Shown piece after piece: positions 14,226-14,811 of a stretch of 14,811 bases of DNA. Made by a program: the position numbers and the translations under genes. Position 1 is the stretch's first letter, and each line of letters begins with the position of its first letter. Source of the stretch: a virus (Duplodnaviria; Heunggongvirae; Uroviricota; Caudoviricetes). The stretch lies in IMG/VR virus record IMGVR_UViG_2534681835_000032, positions 1 to 14,811 of that record; one strand, written 5' to 3'. Under the pieces are notes generated by a model. That model was given only the letters and a program-made list of their open reading frames with translations, was not told where the DNA came from and ran no database searches.

Positions 14226-14311
14226 GATTCCTGTATTCGGTCCAGGGAAATGGCTCTTGGGAGAGAGCCGTGCGCTAAAAGTTGGCATTAATGCAGGCTT
14301 AGTTGCCTTGC
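14209..14311 (-). ncRNA. sdsR: SdsR (RyeB) RpoS-dependent small RNA, ~103 nt
   Basis: Minus-strand sequence GCAAGGCAACTAAGCCTGCATTAATGCCAACTTTTAGCGCACGGCTCTCTCCCAAGAGCCATTTCCCTGGACCGAATACAGGAATCGTACTCGGTCTTTTTT matches SdsR as recalled from memory; terminal hairpin plus U-run at the 3-prime end. Confidence 0.75.
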
Positions 14312-14350
14312 CCTTTAAGAATAGATGACGACGCCAGGTTTTCCAGTTTG
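14312..14350 (-). promoter_or_regulatory. sdsR promoter region with sigmaS-type -10 (TCTATTCT)
   Basis: Minus-strand TCTATTCT ends ~6 nt upstream of the SdsR 5-prime G; consistent with the known RpoS dependence of sdsR. Confidence 0.4.
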
Positions 14351-14400
14351 CGTGCAAAATGGTCAATAAAAAGCGTGGTGGTCATCAGCTGAAATGTTAA

Positions 14401-14440
14401 AAACCGCCCGTTCTGGTGAAAGAACTGAGGCGGTTTTTTT
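14401..14440 (+). terminator. Strong intrinsic terminator (likely RyeA 3-prime end; possibly bidirectional for the yebY-like gene)
   Basis: Long GC-rich interrupted stem (14401-14414 with 14421-14436) followed by a run of T residues on the plus strand; A-run upstream gives weaker terminator character on the minus strand. Confidence 0.65.
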
Positions 14441-14469
14441 ATTGGAAATCAAAAGGCTATTTTAGGTAA

Positions 14470-14811
14470 TTAACAGAGTTTTTCAGCTCGTTCTATAAAC
14501 GGTGCCAGACTCATTTTTTCGCCGGGATTGTTAGGATCATCAATCTGAATCACCGAAATGGGTTGGGCTTTAGTCTTCCCACTGGCAACTTCCTTTTGTG
14601 CGATATCGTTTAAAGGATACTGCACGAGGGTACTTGGGTTAATGACATACAAAGCATTACCCGGTCTGCAAGTCAGCATCACCTCTTCGCGATTAAACGC
14701 CCATTTGTCTTTACCCACTTCAAAACGACTGACGGTAATCACCTGCGGTGCAGCCAGCGCCGCTGCAGAACTGGTGAGTAACAGAAACGTCAGAATACTT
14801 TTTTTCATCAT
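14470..14811 (-). CDS. yebY: Secreted DUF2511-like host protein (YebY-like), 113 aa
   Basis: [40 protein letters not shown]... with a signal peptide; start codon at the window edge; in E. coli the sdsR/ryeA locus lies beside yebY. Symbol assigned from memory and context. Confidence 0.6.
   Translation of the reverse strand: MMKKSILTFLLLTSSAAALAAPQVITVSRFEVGKDKWAFNREEVMLTCRPGNALYVINPSTLVQYPLNDIAQKEVASGKTKAQPISVIQIDDPNNPGEKMSLAPFIERAEKLC

Larger units (their letters stand above)
14170..14440 (+). ncRNA. ryeA: RyeA (SraC)-like antisense sRNA region overlapping sdsR; 5-prime end uncertain
   Basis: In E. coli, RyeA is transcribed antisense to SdsR and fully overlaps it. A strong plus-strand terminator at 14401-14440 fits its 3-prime end. 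The 5-prime boundary is a guess and may fall in phage-derived DNA. Confidence 0.35.

Noticed and set aside
14097-14366. Minus-strand ORF 14097..14366 (89 aa)
   Set aside because: Spans the att junction and the SdsR sRNA gene; the translation is an artefact of reading through the sRNA.
14078-14460. tRNA gene as integration target
   Set aside because: No cloverleaf-like tRNA sequence found near the junction; the adjacent RNA gene matches the sRNA SdsR instead.
1-14811. CRISPR array or other long tandem repeat array
   Set aside because: No regularly spaced direct repeats of 25-40 bp anywhere; the only tandem repeats are the short AATTTCGGGG units in the att arm and imperfect repeats in the recE linker.

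Overview
The window is the integrase-proximal ~14.2 kb of a Rac-like lambdoid prophage (E. coli-type) plus ~0.6 kb of host chromosome. All calls come from reading the sequence and the supplied ORF track, with protein families recognised from memory; no searches or folding programs were run. Minus-strand block (1-5398): a Hok-family toxin (hokD-like), two tiny hydrophobic ORFs, a DUF551 protein and several small nin-region-like ORFs, then a replication module (DnaC-like loader YdaV, initiator YdaU with iteron-like palindromes, YdaT, Cro-like YdaS). Plus-strand block (5503-14077): racR repressor, ydaG, ydaF, a ~720 bp apparently non-coding structured region, a Rha-family regulator, kilR, ydaE, a frameshifted racC, recE, recT, ralR, ydaC, xis and a lambda-type tyrosine integrase. 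The prophage ends at an attL-like junction inside the 3-prime end of the host sRNA gene sdsR (ryeB), antisense to ryeA and next to a yebY-like gene. The most interesting candidate is the leader of the Rha gene: a near-consensus promoter and intrinsic terminator delimit a ~77-nt sRNA-like unit, and a bipartite 7+9 nt motif occurs three times (direct, inverted, direct) so that alternative RNA helices could sequester or free the Rha ribosome-binding site. No CRISPR array, tRNA or rRNA was found.
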